This document shows positions 38,791-49,498 of a DNA stretch of 64,000 nt, one piece after another. The DNA is from an uncultured Verrucomicrobiae bacterium (GTDB taxonomy: Bacteria; Verrucomicrobiota; Verrucomicrobiia; Chthoniobacterales; JAFAMB01), in contig CAWEXO010000013.1 of assembly GCA_963813025.1 (NCBI GenBank), forward strand, positions 224,001-288,000. Reading direction: 5' to 3'. How positions within the stretch are numbered: position 1 is the stretch's first letter; each line of letters opens with the position of its first letter. The notes beneath the pieces are model-generated. The model made no database searches. It was not told the origin of the DNA and saw only the letters and a list, made by a program, of their open reading frames with translations. A program made the translations under genes and the position numbers.

Positions 38791-39693
38791 ATGAAGTCTC
38801 CTATGATCGGGTTTGTTGGGGTTGGCCGAATGGGTGCGAATATGGCGCGCCATCTGAAGGACGTGGAATACCGGATCGTGTCGGTCCATGACGCCAATGC
38901 CGCTGTCGCCGTGGCGCTTGGAACGGAACTCGGCGCGGAACCGGCTGGAAAGGTTTCCGATGTGAGTCGGTTGGCCGAGGTTATTTTTACCGTGGTCACC
39001 GATGACGCGGCGATGCGCGCTATCTTTTTCGGCGAGGACAATCTGTTCACTCATGGAAAAGGAAAGCTGTTCATCAATTGTGCGACGATCAGTCCAGGGG
39101 TGCATATCGAAGTGGAAGCGCGCGGGGAGGAGATCGGCGCGGACGTATTGGAGGCGCCGATGGCCTCCAGCCTGACTCATGCCCGTGAAGGTAAGCTTTA
39201 TATGATGCTGGCCGGCAGGGAGGCCGCTTATCACCGGGCCGAACCGATACTGAAGGATCTGACCGTATCCCGGCGCTACATTGGCGGTCAAGGCAAAGCG
39301 GCCGAACTGAAGGCTTTGTTGAACATGGTCATGAATATTAACACGGCTGGATTGGCCGAGGGGCTTGGCCTCGCCGAAGCCCTCGGGCTCGACCTTCGCC
39401 TCGTGATGGAAGTCTTTTCGCAAACCGGGGCAAATTCGCGGGTACTTGAGACCGACGGTCCTGATATGATCGACCGCGAGCACAGTACCTTCTTTTCGGC
39501 GGCGCACGCCGCCAAGGACAGCGGTATCGCGCTGGCCCTGGCGCAAGAGCACGGGTTGGAACTCCCGCTATTGGCCGCCTCCAAGGCCCAGTACGATCGG
39601 ATGATCGCAAAAGGGCTTGGCGAGATCGACAAGTCGGGGATATCCGAACTGACTTTTTTATCACGCCGGACCAGCCAGGATAGGAGCCAATAA
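38791..39693 (+). CDS. NAD(P)-dependent oxidoreductase, beta-hydroxyacid dehydrogenase family
   Basis: IGFVGVGRMGANMA-HL, K-N catalytic helix, F-KD-AL. Confidence 0.85.
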   Translation: MKSPMIGFVGVGRMGANMARHLKDVEYRIVSVHDANAAVAVALGTELGAEPAGKVSDVSRLAEVIFTVVTDDAAMRAIFFGEDNLFTHGKGKLFINCATISPGVHIEVEARGEEIGADVLEAPMASSLTHAREGKLYMMLAGREAAYHRAEPILKDLTVSRRYIGGQGKAAELKALLNMVMNINTAGLAEGLGLAEALGLDLRLVMEVFSQTGANSRVLETDGPDMIDREHSTFFSAAHAAKDSGIALALAQEHGLELPLLAASKAQYDRMIAKGLGEIDKSGISELTFLSRRTSQDRSQ

Positions 39694-39704
39694 CCGATAG
39701 CCAA

Positions 39705-40166
39705 TCAAGCAAGCAATCGCGCCAGCCAGGCGACGTTCGCCGGGATCGGGATTTTCTGCAAAACTGCTTTCTCGCGGATCAACAGGTTGAGCCATTCGCG
39801 AGAGGTGGTCACCTTATCACCGGCAATCTCCAGATAGGTCGTCCCGTTCTCGGAATGGAGTTTGTACTCGGAGATTTCCACCTCGATCGGCGAAGACTCC
39901 CCTTTGAGATCCACGGAAAATGAGACTGTTCGGCGTTGGGTATCGATGGCGAGTTTGAGCATAGAGCCGTAAGGTCGAAGCCGTTGGTTGAAATCGGACT
40001 GAAGTCTTGCCGCGATCGTGCGATCTTTCGCGTGATGAAAGCCCCTCGAAAGACGTTCAAGAATTGTGTCAGGGCGAATCACAAGGAACTCGGGATCGGC
40101 CCAATATAGCCTGCTCGGCGGATTGGTTGCAGCAAAAAAGAAACGCCTCTGAGGCGTTTCCGCCAT
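39705..40166 (-). CDS. Hypothetical protein
   Basis: Protein-like ORF (LKGE-PI, TSREW); start uncertain. Confidence 0.5.
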   Translation of the reverse strand: MAETPQRRFFFAATNPPSRLYWADPEFLVIRPDTILERLSRGFHHAKDRTIAARLQSDFNQRLRPYGSMLKLAIDTQRRTVSFSVDLKGESSPIEVEISEYKLHSENGTTYLEIAGDKVTTSREWLNLLIREKAVLQKIPIPANVAWLARLLA

Positions 40167-40390
40167 GTGCGCGCAGGAAGAAAATTTAGGGATTGTCGTC
40201 AAACATCCCGCTGGCCCACGACCGTTACAGCGAAAATTCATTCGACGCATCCCATAGCTTTAGTGACGGAGGAGCCGTCTTGCGTATGGCTACCCCGCGC
40301 CTGGCTCGGACAAATCTTCGCCGCGTGGTTGTGGAGAATTGTCCTGATCATCAGCCTGGGCTAAACAATTGGGTGTTTGCTCGCGCCCCG

Positions 40391-41230
40391 ATGGTTAACG
40401 ACACGAACTCGGCTACCGCTTGGCGCGGAAGACACTGGGATCCGCCGGGATTGCCGGTTGGCACGATATTCCTGGTGCATGGCTTGGGTGAACATTCGGG
40501 TCGCTATGTCCATGTGGGTGAGTTTTTCGCGGAAGCCGGTTACCGAGTCCTCGCGCCGGATCTTCGGGGGCATGGCCAGAGAAAAGATTGGCCGCCATTT
40601 ATCCGGACATACTCCGAGCTCGGTGCTGATGTGGTGAAGCTTATCGCGCAGCAGCGTGATCCTGGACCATGTATTCTCTTCGGACATAGTCTAGGCGCTC
40701 AGATCGCTCTTTGGCTGGGTCAACAGAAACTCGTTTCAGTGGATGGCATCGTCGCGAGCGCGCCCTGGCTGCGCCTGACTCATCCACCTGGAAAATGGCT
40801 GCTCCGACTCGCCCGAGTGATGAACCGAGTGATGCCCAAGCTCAAGTTTCCGTCCGGCATCAAACGTGAGTACGCTTCTCACGACCAGGCCCATCTGGAT
40901 TCACTCTCCGATCTGCACCTCGTCCACGATTTTATTCGAGTAAGGATGTATTTTGAAGCGGAGAAAGCCGCGGGCGAACTCTGGGCCCGTCCGCGCCTTT
41001 TTTCGCCGGTTTTGCTGGCTTGCGGCGGAGAGGATCAAGTGACCTCGTCGGATGCGACGAAGGAGTTTTTCAGAATCCTGGAAGCGCCGCGGAAGGACCT
41101 GTTGTGCTATCCGGGTCTGCGGCACGAATTGCACAATGAGACCGAACGAACTCAGGTGTTGGCCGACTACCTGTCGTGGATCCAAAGCCTGCATCGCTCA
41201 TCCGGCGTGGCCGGATGCGATGCAGGCTAA
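40391..41230 (+). CDS. Alpha/beta hydrolase (lysophospholipase-like)
   Basis: VHGLGEHSGRY, DLRGHG, GHSLG nucleophile, HELHNE. Confidence 0.9.
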   Translation: MVNDTNSATAWRGRHWDPPGLPVGTIFLVHGLGEHSGRYVHVGEFFAEAGYRVLAPDLRGHGQRKDWPPFIRTYSELGADVVKLIAQQRDPGPCILFGHSLGAQIALWLGQQKLVSVDGIVASAPWLRLTHPPGKWLLRLARVMNRVMPKLKFPSGIKREYASHDQAHLDSLSDLHLVHDFIRVRMYFEAEKAAGELWARPRLFSPVLLACGGEDQVTSSDATKEFFRILEAPRKDLLCYPGLRHELHNETERTQVLADYLSWIQSLHRSSGVAGCDAG

Positions 41231-41960
41231 CCAAACTGAATCCCCTGGGCTAACGGCAGCTCGGAGGAGAAGTTGATCGTCGCGGTTTGCCGGCGCATGT
41301 AGGCCTTCCGGACCTGTTCAATGGCGTGGCGCATGGCCGAGACGCCGAGACCGCCGCCGCGTCGATCAAGGGTCCGACCGTCGTCGCCGGATCCAGCGGA
41401 TTGCCGATCCGTATCTGCCGGTAAGCGCCAATCAGCTTTTCGAGAAGCGCATCGTCAATCGATTCATGGACGATCAAGCGCCGTGTGATCGTGCAGCGTT
41501 GCCCGGCCGTACCAGCTGACCCGAAGAGGATAGCGCGGGTCGCCAGTTCCAGATTTGCCGATGGCGTGACGATGACCGCGTTGTTTCCACCGAGTTCGAG
41601 CAAGACACGCCCAACCGCCGGGAGACGGCCTCGGCGACTTGTTTTCCCATTCGCACGGAACCGGTCGCAGAGATCAGGGCGATCCGCGGATCGCCCGCGA
41701 GCTGCTTTCCGGTTTCGCTACCGCCGATAACGAGAGAAAAAATCGCCGGATCGAGGTTGTTTTTTCGGCAGGTCGCTACGTCGCTGGCAAAGGCGTCCCC
41801 CGTTGCGAGAGTCCTTGAACACTGAAAGCCGACGTAGATGAAGGTTTCTTCAAGCGATTTTCTTCTGCTCACTCTATTCTTCGCCTTTCAAGGACTCTGC
41901 ACAACGAGGCTGCCAAACAAGGGTCAGGCCCAATCTCCACGGCGGCTATTTTCCGGTAAA
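41227..41960 (-). pseudogene. Aldehyde dehydrogenase family 7 (piperideine-6-carboxylate DH-like) remnant
   Basis: LISATGS-RMG, frameshift, LELGGNNA, GTAGQRCT, large internal deletion, then KAYMRRQT-TINFS-ELPLAQGI-F stop. Confidence 0.8.
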
Positions 41961-41987
41961 TCTCGTCGCTCTGAGGTCCGAGCCTCG

Positions 41988-43106
41988 CTACGAATACGTA
42001 CGCGCGAGCCCAACAAAATCTGGGTTAGTGCCATCTGGGCGTCCATAAACCTGACCGCCCCAGCGCGTGCGGAAGAACTGATGCATACTGATGGATTCCT
42101 GGTGGACAAACCCGGCCGGCAGCTCCTTCAACGCATAGAGTTCGAGGAGAGCGACCACTCCGGCCGCCGTCGATAACTGAATCGCTGACAGAGGCTGGCC
42201 GCTGACCGTCGCCCCGTAGATTTTTTTCACAAAGCTTCGCTGCAACAATCCGCTTCCCTCGCTGCCGACAGCATTCACATAAATCACAACCACATCGCTG
42301 AAGGTCAAGGGCACTTCCTGGTCGAAGATCTGGGTGAGGACTTCCCGTTTCTGGCAAAGGTTAAGATCGAAGAGTAGGAACTTCATCAAATCGCGGTGTC
42401 CCGGATAGCGCAGCGTCTTATAGCTCAGATCGGTGAGCCGGTGCGCAAAGCTCTCACACATCGTCGCCACGCCGCCCGAGGTATTGAACGCTTCGTATTC
42501 AACGCCATCGATCGTGAGCCGTTCCACACCGTCGAGCGGCGCAGTTGGCACACGTCGGCCCTGGATGATTGCCTCTCCAAATTGACAATATTCGTTGATC
42601 AGACCCGCCGTACTCCAACTTAAATAGTACTTCATCTGGTTGCCGGCTGAGAGAGGCAAGGCCCCGACCCGCAGCTCAAGAGAACGGATTGTCTTCAGGC
42701 TGTTCGCCAGACCGCTGCCGAGTATGTTGATCGCCCCCGGAGCAAGCCCGCAGTGCGGCATGAAAGTCGCCTGCTGTCCTGCAGCCAGCCTCCGGACGAT
42801 CTCGGTCGTCTCCACGTCTTCCGTCAAATCAAAGTAAGAGCGACCGGCAGTCGCGCAGACCTGGGCGATCAACGCGTTGAGGTAGTAAGGCGCAGCGCTG
42901 ACGATTACGTGATTAGCCTCCACAAATTCTTGCAGCTCCGAACCTTGACCAACGTCCACCAAGCGGCTTTGCAGTTTGGTGAGACTTACCAAGTCCTCAA
43001 TCGGACGAGCGTCTGCCACGTTCGCTTCGGAGCAGAAATCACACGTTTCGAGCAGCGCGGCGATTGAGAGCCCGATTTTGCCGCCGCCAACGATCCCGAT
43101 TTTCAT
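41988..43106 (-). CDS. Saccharopine dehydrogenase / lysine 6-dehydrogenase family protein
   Basis: GGGKIG, YFDLTEDV, CGLAPG, WST-GLINEY, YEAFNTSGG, YKTLRYPGH. Confidence 0.88.
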   Translation of the reverse strand: MKIGIVGGGKIGLSIAALLETCDFCSEANVADARPIEDLVSLTKLQSRLVDVGQGSELQEFVEANHVIVSAAPYYLNALIAQVCATAGRSYFDLTEDVETTEIVRRLAAGQQATFMPHCGLAPGAINILGSGLANSLKTIRSLELRVGALPLSAGNQMKYYLSWSTAGLINEYCQFGEAIIQGRRVPTAPLDGVERLTIDGVEYEAFNTSGGVATMCESFAHRLTDLSYKTLRYPGHRDLMKFLLFDLNLCQKREVLTQIFDQEVPLTFSDVVVIYVNAVGSEGSGLLQRSFVKKIYGATVSGQPLSAIQLSTAAGVVALLELYALKELPAGFVHQESISMHQFFRTRWGGQVYGRPDGTNPDFVGLARTYS

Positions 43107-43504
43107 TGGACTTGGGATGAGGTGATGCATTCCCGAGGAATTCCGCCCCTGCTTCCTTTCTCCGTGAGCAACACGCGCGGCATCATCGCTCTTGGATGAT
43201 AAAGAACCGTCGTACCCGAAGGAGCCCTGACCGGCTCCGTTACCAGACCGGCATCCGACAAATCGGAGAAATGCTCAGGGTCGAGCGTCAAATGATCGAC
43301 CCACTCGTAAAAATCGGTTCCGGTTTCTTGGGTGAGACGATCGGCCAAGGCGCGGGCAAAAGTGTTTCTTTCGACAAATTTGCCCAAACAAGAGCGGAGA
43401 AGATCCTCGGCTGCATCAGCCAGCGGCCAGTCAAATTCCGCAGGAGCGAGAAGACCAGGGTTGAATTCATAGCGTGCGAAGGACAGCAGTAAACGGTCCG
43501 TCAC
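43103..43504 (-). CDS. Hypothetical protein, probably a truncated N-terminal fragment
   Basis: Globular-looking N-terminus that ends abruptly; ATGA overlap with the downstream gene. Confidence 0.45.
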   Translation of the reverse strand: MTDRLLLSFARYEFNPGLLAPAEFDWPLADAAEDLLRSCLGKFVERNTFARALADRLTQETGTDFYEWVDHLTLDPEHFSDLSDAGLVTEPVRAPSGTTVLYHPRAMMPRVLLTEKGSRGGIPRECITSSQVQ

Positions 43505-43826
43505 CCGGCTGAATTTGGCAACTGCGAAAAGGGTACAACTATTTATAAAATTAAGTAATTACGCCAAAAAGAGCATAATTTATCTCCCGATCGGGCATTT
43601 AGGATTTATATTGTTTTAGACGACAGCCATTCCTGACCTGGACCAAATACCCTGAATTCTTTGGCCAGCCCCGGCTAGATACAAGGGTTAACGTGTTTAA
43701 CCCGGTCTTTGCTCCCGTAGGGGCGAATATCCAGTCGCCGAATCAGCGTCCCGGAATCCATTGAACTCTACGGGCAATTAGAGATTAGTTGATCTGCCCG
43801 CTTCTTCGTGTAGTGTCGCGCTTGCT

Positions 43827-44684
43827 ATGAGTACGACCCAGTACGTCCACCCTGAAGCTATCGTCAGCACCGAGTGGCTTGCCGAGCATCTCCATGATCC
43901 CGGGGTAAGAATCATCGAAAGCAACGAGGACGTTTTGCTTTACGACACCGGACATATTCCAGGAGCGGCCCACGTCGATTGGCGCCGCGACCTGAACGAT
44001 CAAACCATTCGCGATTACCTCGATCCCGAACATTTTGCCAGTCTGGCCGGCCGTATCGGTATTACCCCGGAGACCACCATTGTTTTCTATGGAGACAAAT
44101 CCAATTGGTGGGCTTGCTATGCCTTATGGATTTTCACGCTTTTCGGCCATCGCGATCTCCGAATCCTGAACGGCGGCCGGGACAAGTGGATCAGCGAAGG
44201 CCATCCAATAACGAAGGACAAGCCGAAATTTACCGAGACGAATTATCCGGTCCCCGCGAAGCGCAATGATACCGAGATCCGCGCATTTTTTGAACACACC
44301 CTCGCACACAGCCGGGCCAAACGCCCGTTGATCGATGTCCGTTCACCCGGTGAGTTTCGGGGTGAGATCACTCATATGCCGGAGTACCCGCAGGAAGGCG
44401 TCCTTCGCGGCGGTCACGTTCCTGGCGCCAAGAGCGTGCCCTGGAAAACGGCGGTGCACGATGACGGCACCTTCAAATCCGCGGATGAATTGCGAAAGAT
44501 CTATCAGGAGAATTTAGGATTCGGAGTGAATGATGACACGATCGTCTACTGCCGCATTGGTGAGCGCTCCAGCCATACGTGGTTTGTCCTGACGAAGCTA
44601 CTCGGGTTTCAGAAAGTTCGGAATTACGACGGTTCCTGGACCGAATGGGGGAATATGGTGCGCACCCCAATCGAAAAACCCTGA
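43827..44684 (+). CDS. Tandem rhodanese sulfurtransferase (CysA/SseA type)
   Basis: GHIPGA, LNGGR-W, DVRS-EF, CRIGERS active loop, YDGSWTEWG. Confidence 0.92.
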   Translation: MSTTQYVHPEAIVSTEWLAEHLHDPGVRIIESNEDVLLYDTGHIPGAAHVDWRRDLNDQTIRDYLDPEHFASLAGRIGITPETTIVFYGDKSNWWACYALWIFTLFGHRDLRILNGGRDKWISEGHPITKDKPKFTETNYPVPAKRNDTEIRAFFEHTLAHSRAKRPLIDVRSPGEFRGEITHMPEYPQEGVLRGGHVPGAKSVPWKTAVHDDGTFKSADELRKIYQENLGFGVNDDTIVYCRIGERSSHTWFVLTKLLGFQKVRNYDGSWTEWGNMVRTPIEKP

Positions 44685-44802
44685 AACTGCTTCGAAAGCC
44701 TGCATCCGCAAAATCCCGTGGCCAATGACCGATGAATGGGTGATCGGCTATTGGCCATCGGTCATCTCATCGTGATTTGCGGGCGATGCAGACTAAGCAA
44801 AA

Positions 44803-45309
44803 ATGAATTGCAGCGATCTGGATGAGCTGGGAACTGTAGGGGTGGTCGAGCAAACATCAAGCTATCCCAGCGGCCTGCGGCGCATTATCGATCTCTTTCA
44901 AGATTTGCCTGAGGAAGAGCGGCGGGAAACGCTGATTTCCTACGCGGAACAAGCTTCGAAGTGGGCGCCGAAGGAGGGCGACCGCTTCGATCTCGAGGAT
45001 GTCCGGAAGGACGAAGAATGTACGGACACCGTTGGTGTCTTTCTGCGCGTCGAGACGGGGTCACGCGCGGTTTTTCGAATCTCTCTGGGGCCGCACGTGC
45101 AAACCTTAACGCGGGCGATGACATCGATACTTTGCCGCGGACTTGAGCATGCGACCATTTACGAGGTCCTGGATGTTCCGAGCGATTTCGTTCCGAAGAT
45201 TATCGGGACTGAACTGGTGCGGGCTCGCAGCCATACGGTGTATTACGTTTTATCCCGCATGAAGGGCATCGCGACCGCTTTTCAAAGACGGGAACGAGCC
45301 GCGCGTTAG
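44803..45309 (+). CDS. SufE family Fe-S acceptor protein
   Basis: R-LI-YA, EC-V, next to the sulfurtransferase; start uncertain. Confidence 0.7.
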   Translation: MNCSDLDELGTVGVVEQTSSYPSGLRRIIDLFQDLPEEERRETLISYAEQASKWAPKEGDRFDLEDVRKDEECTDTVGVFLRVETGSRAVFRISLGPHVQTLTRAMTSILCRGLEHATIYEVLDVPSDFVPKIIGTELVRARSHTVYYVLSRMKGIATAFQRRERAAR

Positions 45310-45388
45310 CTGCTGGCACTTTTCGTAACCTGTGTTTCCGCATCCGGCGATCTCGCACCTCTTTTCGAGTATACGGTCAGGCAAGCGC

Positions 45389-45769
45389 ATGAGCTTGGTC
45401 GCCTTTCTCCTACTGGCTGCCTGCTCGGGAAAACCCGTTCCTTGTGTCAACGAGGTGCAGACGGAGGCGCTATCTCCCGACGGCCAGCAAAAGGCGGTCG
45501 TCTTTATTCGGAAATGTTCTGACGGCGGGTCGGCGACCACCCACGTATCAATTCTCGCCGCCCACGCCGCCCTGCCGGAGGGAAACGGCAATATTTTTGG
45601 GAGTGAGCATCCGATCGGCATTCGCGCTGCTTGGTTGAACGACGCTCACTTGGTTCTTTACAGCTATGGCAATCTCTCAAAAGCCACTCGTCGGGAACGA
45701 GCGGGCACCGTCGTCATCGAGTATTCACAAATTATGGAAACGGATTTGGTAGCGCCCCTCGATCGGTAA
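45389..45769 (+). CDS. Hypothetical lipoprotein
   Basis: LAAC lipobox; SPDG-A-F-R-C pattern. Confidence 0.6.
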   Translation: MSLVAFLLLAACSGKPVPCVNEVQTEALSPDGQQKAVVFIRKCSDGGSATTHVSILAAHAALPEGNGNIFGSEHPIGIRAAWLNDAHLVLYSYGNLSKATRRERAGTVVIEYSQIMETDLVAPLDR

Positions 45770-45815
45770 AGACGGTCAGGGCAAAAGGGGGCGTTTTCAG
45801 GGATTCCATGGTGCA

Positions 45816-46574
45816 CTAAGAGCTGTCTTTCCTCGGCAGGACAGCTCGATTTAATTCCGCCAGCACTTCCGGATCGCGCACATCAGCCCAAGCACCTTTG
45901 ATCTCGACCGCTTTGATCCGATGGCCCTCGAGAAGCATGGCGCGGATCGCGTCGGTAAGTTCGTATTCGCCCCGAGCTGACTTCCGGAGTCGTGTCACAA
46001 AGGAGAAGATGCTCGAGCGAAAGACGTAAATCCCCGCATTGTACCAATTGGTTTTGATTTCGCCCGGATTCGGTTTTTCGCGCAGGTCAACAACTTCCGC
46101 CTTCCGGTTCAGAACCACAGCGCCGCCTTTCGATAGATCTTCGGTATATCGGACCGTCAAGATCATCTCCGCTTCTTCCAACTCGACCAGGTTCAAATAA
46201 GCCTCGGGAGAGACCAGGATATCTCCGTAGCACAGAAAAAACGGATCGTTCTGGCAAAAATCGCGGGCGAGTTCGACCACCTTTCCCGTGCCGTCCTGAA
46301 CCACCTGCTCCGCATACTGGATGCGCAATCCGAATGCTGAGCCGTCTTGAAAATGATCCCGAATGACTTCTCTTCGATATCCCACCACGATCAGAAGGTC
46401 GGTGACACCGGCGCCGCGCAGACCTTCAACCATATATTCGAGCACCGGCCGGCCCGCTACCTTGACCATCGGCTTCGGCAATTGAGCAGTAAGTTCTCCC
46501 ATTCTGGTACCGCGGCCGGCGGCCAGAATCACTCCTTTGCGGATCGTGTTGGGTTCAATGCTGTCCACGAACAA
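45816..46574 (-). CDS. Sugar-phosphate nucleotidyltransferase
   Basis: GVILAAGRGTRM-LT-PKPM, EKP, RGEYELTD. Confidence 0.88.
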   Translation of the reverse strand: MFVDSIEPNTIRKGVILAAGRGTRMGELTAQLPKPMVKVAGRPVLEYMVEGLRGAGVTDLLIVVGYRREVIRDHFQDGSAFGLRIQYAEQVVQDGTGKVVELARDFCQNDPFFLCYGDILVSPEAYLNLVELEEAEMILTVRYTEDLSKGGAVVLNRKAEVVDLREKPNPGEIKTNWYNAGIYVFRSSIFSFVTRLRKSARGEYELTDAIRAMLLEGHRIKAVEIKGAWADVRDPEVLAELNRAVLPRKDSS

Positions 46575-47733
46575 AAACAGCGATCCGGTCCATGGCTTCG
46601 TTCAGTTGCTGAATCCCCGTTGCGAAACAGCAGCGGACAAAACCTTCTCCGGACTTTCCGAATGCGTCTCCGGGCACCACCGCGACCCGTTGCTGTTCCA
46701 GCAGGCCAAGAGAAAATTCACGGCTAGTCAGGCCTGTGCCCGAGATGCGCGGGAACGCGTAGAAAGCTCCTTTCGGCGAATGGCAGGGCAGCCCCATCTC
46801 ATTTAGGCGCGACACGACTAGATTGCGCCGGCGCTCGTAATCGCATCGCATCGCTTCTACTTCCCGATCGCAATGGTTAAGCGCTTCAATGGCTGCTTCC
46901 TGAGACATATGCGGTGCGCAGAGAATCGCGTACTGATGCACCTTCATCATGGCTTCGATGATCGGGGCCGGTCCGCAAGCGTAACCAACCCGAAAGCCAG
47001 TCATCGAGTAGGATTTTGAACAGCCGTTCAGAACGATCGTTCGTTCCCGCATCCCGGGGAGGGTTGCAATCGATACATGTCGATGCTCGTCGTACACCAG
47101 CTCGCTGTAGATCTCGTCTGACAAAACGACGAGATCGTGTTGTACGCAAAGCTGTGCGATTGGCTCAAGATCCCCGAGAGACATGACCCCGCCGCTTGGG
47201 TTCGTCGGAAAACTCAGGAGCAAGGCCTTCGTCCGCGGGGAGATCTTCTCCTGGAGCCTGATCGCGTTCATCCGGAACTCATCATCCGCCTGGGTCTCGA
47301 TGGAGACTCCCTGGCCGAAAGCCAAAGCAATACTCGGGTTGTAAGAGACATAGCTCGGCTCATGGAAAAGCACTTCGTCGCCGGGATTAAGCACTGCACG
47401 CAGCGCTAAATCCAACGCCTCGGAAACTCCGACCGAGACCAGCACTTCCGTTTGCGGGTTATACTCAAGCGCGATGCGCTTATGCAGGTATTCCGAAATT
47501 GCCCGCCGCAGCCTTGGTAAACCGAGGTTGGAAGTATATCCCGTGCGACCTTTCTCCAAGGCGAAAATGGCGGCTTCGCGAATTCGCCAGGGCGTTGCGT
47601 AATCAGGCTCGCCGATCCCGAGCGAAATGACGTCATGCATCGACTGCACGACCTCGAAGAAATCGCGGATCCCGGACTTCGGGATGCGACGCACGTGATC
47701 AGCGACAAAGCGTTCCTGGTTGTCAACTTGCAT
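46555..47733 (-). CDS. Aminotransferase class I/II (PLP)
   Basis: GEPD, P-NPSG, DEIY, SK-SMTGFRVG. Confidence 0.92.
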   Translation of the reverse strand: MQVDNQERFVADHVRRIPKSGIRDFFEVVQSMHDVISLGIGEPDYATPWRIREAAIFALEKGRTGYTSNLGLPRLRRAISEYLHKRIALEYNPQTEVLVSVGVSEALDLALRAVLNPGDEVLFHEPSYVSYNPSIALAFGQGVSIETQADDEFRMNAIRLQEKISPRTKALLLSFPTNPSGGVMSLGDLEPIAQLCVQHDLVVLSDEIYSELVYDEHRHVSIATLPGMRERTIVLNGCSKSYSMTGFRVGYACGPAPIIEAMMKVHQYAILCAPHMSQEAAIEALNHCDREVEAMRCDYERRRNLVVSRLNEMGLPCHSPKGAFYAFPRISGTGLTSREFSLGLLEQQRVAVVPGDAFGKSGEGFVRCCFATGIQQLNEAMDRIAVFVRGQH

Positions 47734-47760
47734 GGCAGGTAGAATCGGGCGGTTGACGCT

Positions 47761-48240
47761 CTAGGGGCTGACGGGAAGCCGATCCGCTGCTTCGTCCCGG
47801 CTTAGCAGAACGCCGTTTTGTTTGTACGTTTTTAAACGGAAACGAGTTGCCGTCGAAACAACTCCCTCCACGGTGCTGAGTTTCTCGGAAACAAATCGGG
47901 CAATTTCGCGCAAATTCTGACCTTCAACCATGACCGCGAGATCGTAGCCGCCGCTCATTAACCAGCAGGTCTTGACCTCATCAAAGCGGGCGATCCGCTG
48001 AGCGAGCCGGTCAAAACCCCCGCCTCGTTCCGGGGTGATACTTACCTCGATAAAGGCTGTAACCGAGTCGGCATCAACCTTCTCCGGATCGACCACCGCC
48101 TGATAGGCTAGGATGATGCCCTCTGCTTCATATTCATGAATTTTGTTCGAGATCTCGCCGCAGGAGACATTGAGAAGCCGCGCAAGTTCGGCAGGAGTCA
48201 ATCGCGAGTTCTGCTGCAATAACTCCAAAAGATGGTCCAT
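47761..48240 (-). CDS. Lrp/AsnC transcriptional regulator
   Basis: N-terminal HTH, LMSGGYDL RAM domain. Confidence 0.9.
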   Translation of the reverse strand: MDHLLELLQQNSRLTPAELARLLNVSCGEISNKIHEYEAEGIILAYQAVVDPEKVDADSVTAFIEVSITPERGGGFDRLAQRIARFDEVKTCWLMSGGYDLAVMVEGQNLREIARFVSEKLSTVEGVVSTATRFRLKTYKQNGVLLSRDEAADRLPVSP

Positions 48241-48339
48241 GGGGTGAGTCTGCCATCAATGCCACAACTGGACACCTGCCACAAGCTTGGGGAGGCAAGG
48301 AGTGCAGGAGTTGCAGGAGACGGGAAGCCCGATCCCATA

Positions 48340-48410
48340 ACTCGCAACCTCGCGACTCGGCACCCGGGACTCGGCACCCGGGACTCGGGACTCGGGACTC
48401 CTGGGATTCA
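48340..48410. repeat. Heptamer tandem repeat (gactcgg/cacccgg)
   Basis: gactcgg cacccgg gactcgg cacccgg gactcgg gactcgg gactcct just downstream of the pfkA stop. Confidence 0.85.
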
Positions 48411-49487
48411 GTCTCCAAAGCTGATATCCACCGCCCGGGCGGTTTCGATAAGCTGAGTAGTCGGGTCGACCAGGCGGATGTGATGGACGGCCTTCGCGAT
48501 GGGTACTTCGCTCACTTCGTAGTTTTGGTAACTCACCATCATCCCGTAGAGTCCTTCCTGGAGCAGACCAACCGCTTTTACACCGAAGCGCGTACCGAGG
48601 ATACGGTCGAGCGAAGTCGGCGCTCCGCCGCGCTGTAGATGTCCCAAGACACAGTAGCGCGTCTCTTTGCCGGTCCGTTCGGCCACCTCGTGAGCGACCA
48701 ACTCGCCGATACCTCCTAGCCGGAATTCGCCTTGAACAATCGGTTGAAACGTTTGGCCGCCGTCAATCGGTCCAGCCCCTTCAGCTACGACGATCATCGT
48801 GCTTTGGTAACCTTCCCGCTCGCGCCGGTTAACCGCCTCGGCGACTTTCTCCCAAGAGAAAGGAATCTCGGGCAGCAAAATGACGTCCGCTCCGCCGCCG
48901 ATTCCTCCGTAGAGGGCGATCCAGCCCGCGTGTCGTCCCATGACTTCGAGCACCATTGCCCTTTTATGGCTGGCAGCCGTCGAATGAAGCCGATCGAGCG
49001 CTTCGGTTACGCATGTGACCGCCGAATAAAATCCAAAACTCATGGCGGTGGCTGCGAGATCGTTGTCGATCGTTTTCGGCACTCCGATAATCGGAAATCC
49101 GTGCTCGAAAAGCTGGAGAGCTGTCGTCAGGGAGCCGTCGCCGCCAACGACGATCAAACCCTCCACCTGCAGATCGGCAAGTGTTTTCTTAGCGGAGGCA
49201 ATGATGGGTTCCGGAATAACCACGCGCTCGCCGGCACCGATTTTGGCTACAAAATGGCCTTTGTTGGTGGTGCCTAGAATCGTGCCTCCCTGTTGCATGA
49301 TTCCAACTGTGCGCGTTCGATCGAGAATGACGTATTGCGCAGGCGGCAAAAGACCTTCAAAGCCATCTTTGAAGCCGATTACTTGCCAATCGAGCTTCTC
49401 CGCTGCCTTGGTCACGCCCCGGAGAACAGCATTCAACCCAGGGCAGTCTCCGCCGCTTGTCAAAACACCGATACGTCTACTATGCAT
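48408..49487 (-). CDS. pfkA: 6-phosphofructokinase (group III, GGDGS suggests ATP-dependent)
   Basis: TSGGDCPGLN, GGTILGT, GGDGS, PKTIDND, EVMGRHAGW, LGHLQRGG. Confidence 0.93.
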   Translation of the reverse strand: MHSRRIGVLTSGGDCPGLNAVLRGVTKAAEKLDWQVIGFKDGFEGLLPPAQYVILDRTRTVGIMQQGGTILGTTNKGHFVAKIGAGERVVIPEPIIASAKKTLADLQVEGLIVVGGDGSLTTALQLFEHGFPIIGVPKTIDNDLAATAMSFGFYSAVTCVTEALDRLHSTAASHKRAMVLEVMGRHAGWIALYGGIGGGADVILLPEIPFSWEKVAEAVNRREREGYQSTMIVVAEGAGPIDGGQTFQPIVQGEFRLGGIGELVAHEVAERTGKETRYCVLGHLQRGGAPTSLDRILGTRFGVKAVGLLQEGLYGMMVSYQNYEVSEVPIAKAVHHIRLVDPTTQLIETARAVDISFGD

Positions 49488-49498
49488 ACAAATTGGGC

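Noticed and set aside
16282..45309. A unified sulfur-trafficking system (TauE, NifS, rhodanese, SufE)
   Set aside because: Genes are spread over about 29 kb in separate units; only the rhodanese-SufE pair is linked, and that pairing is common
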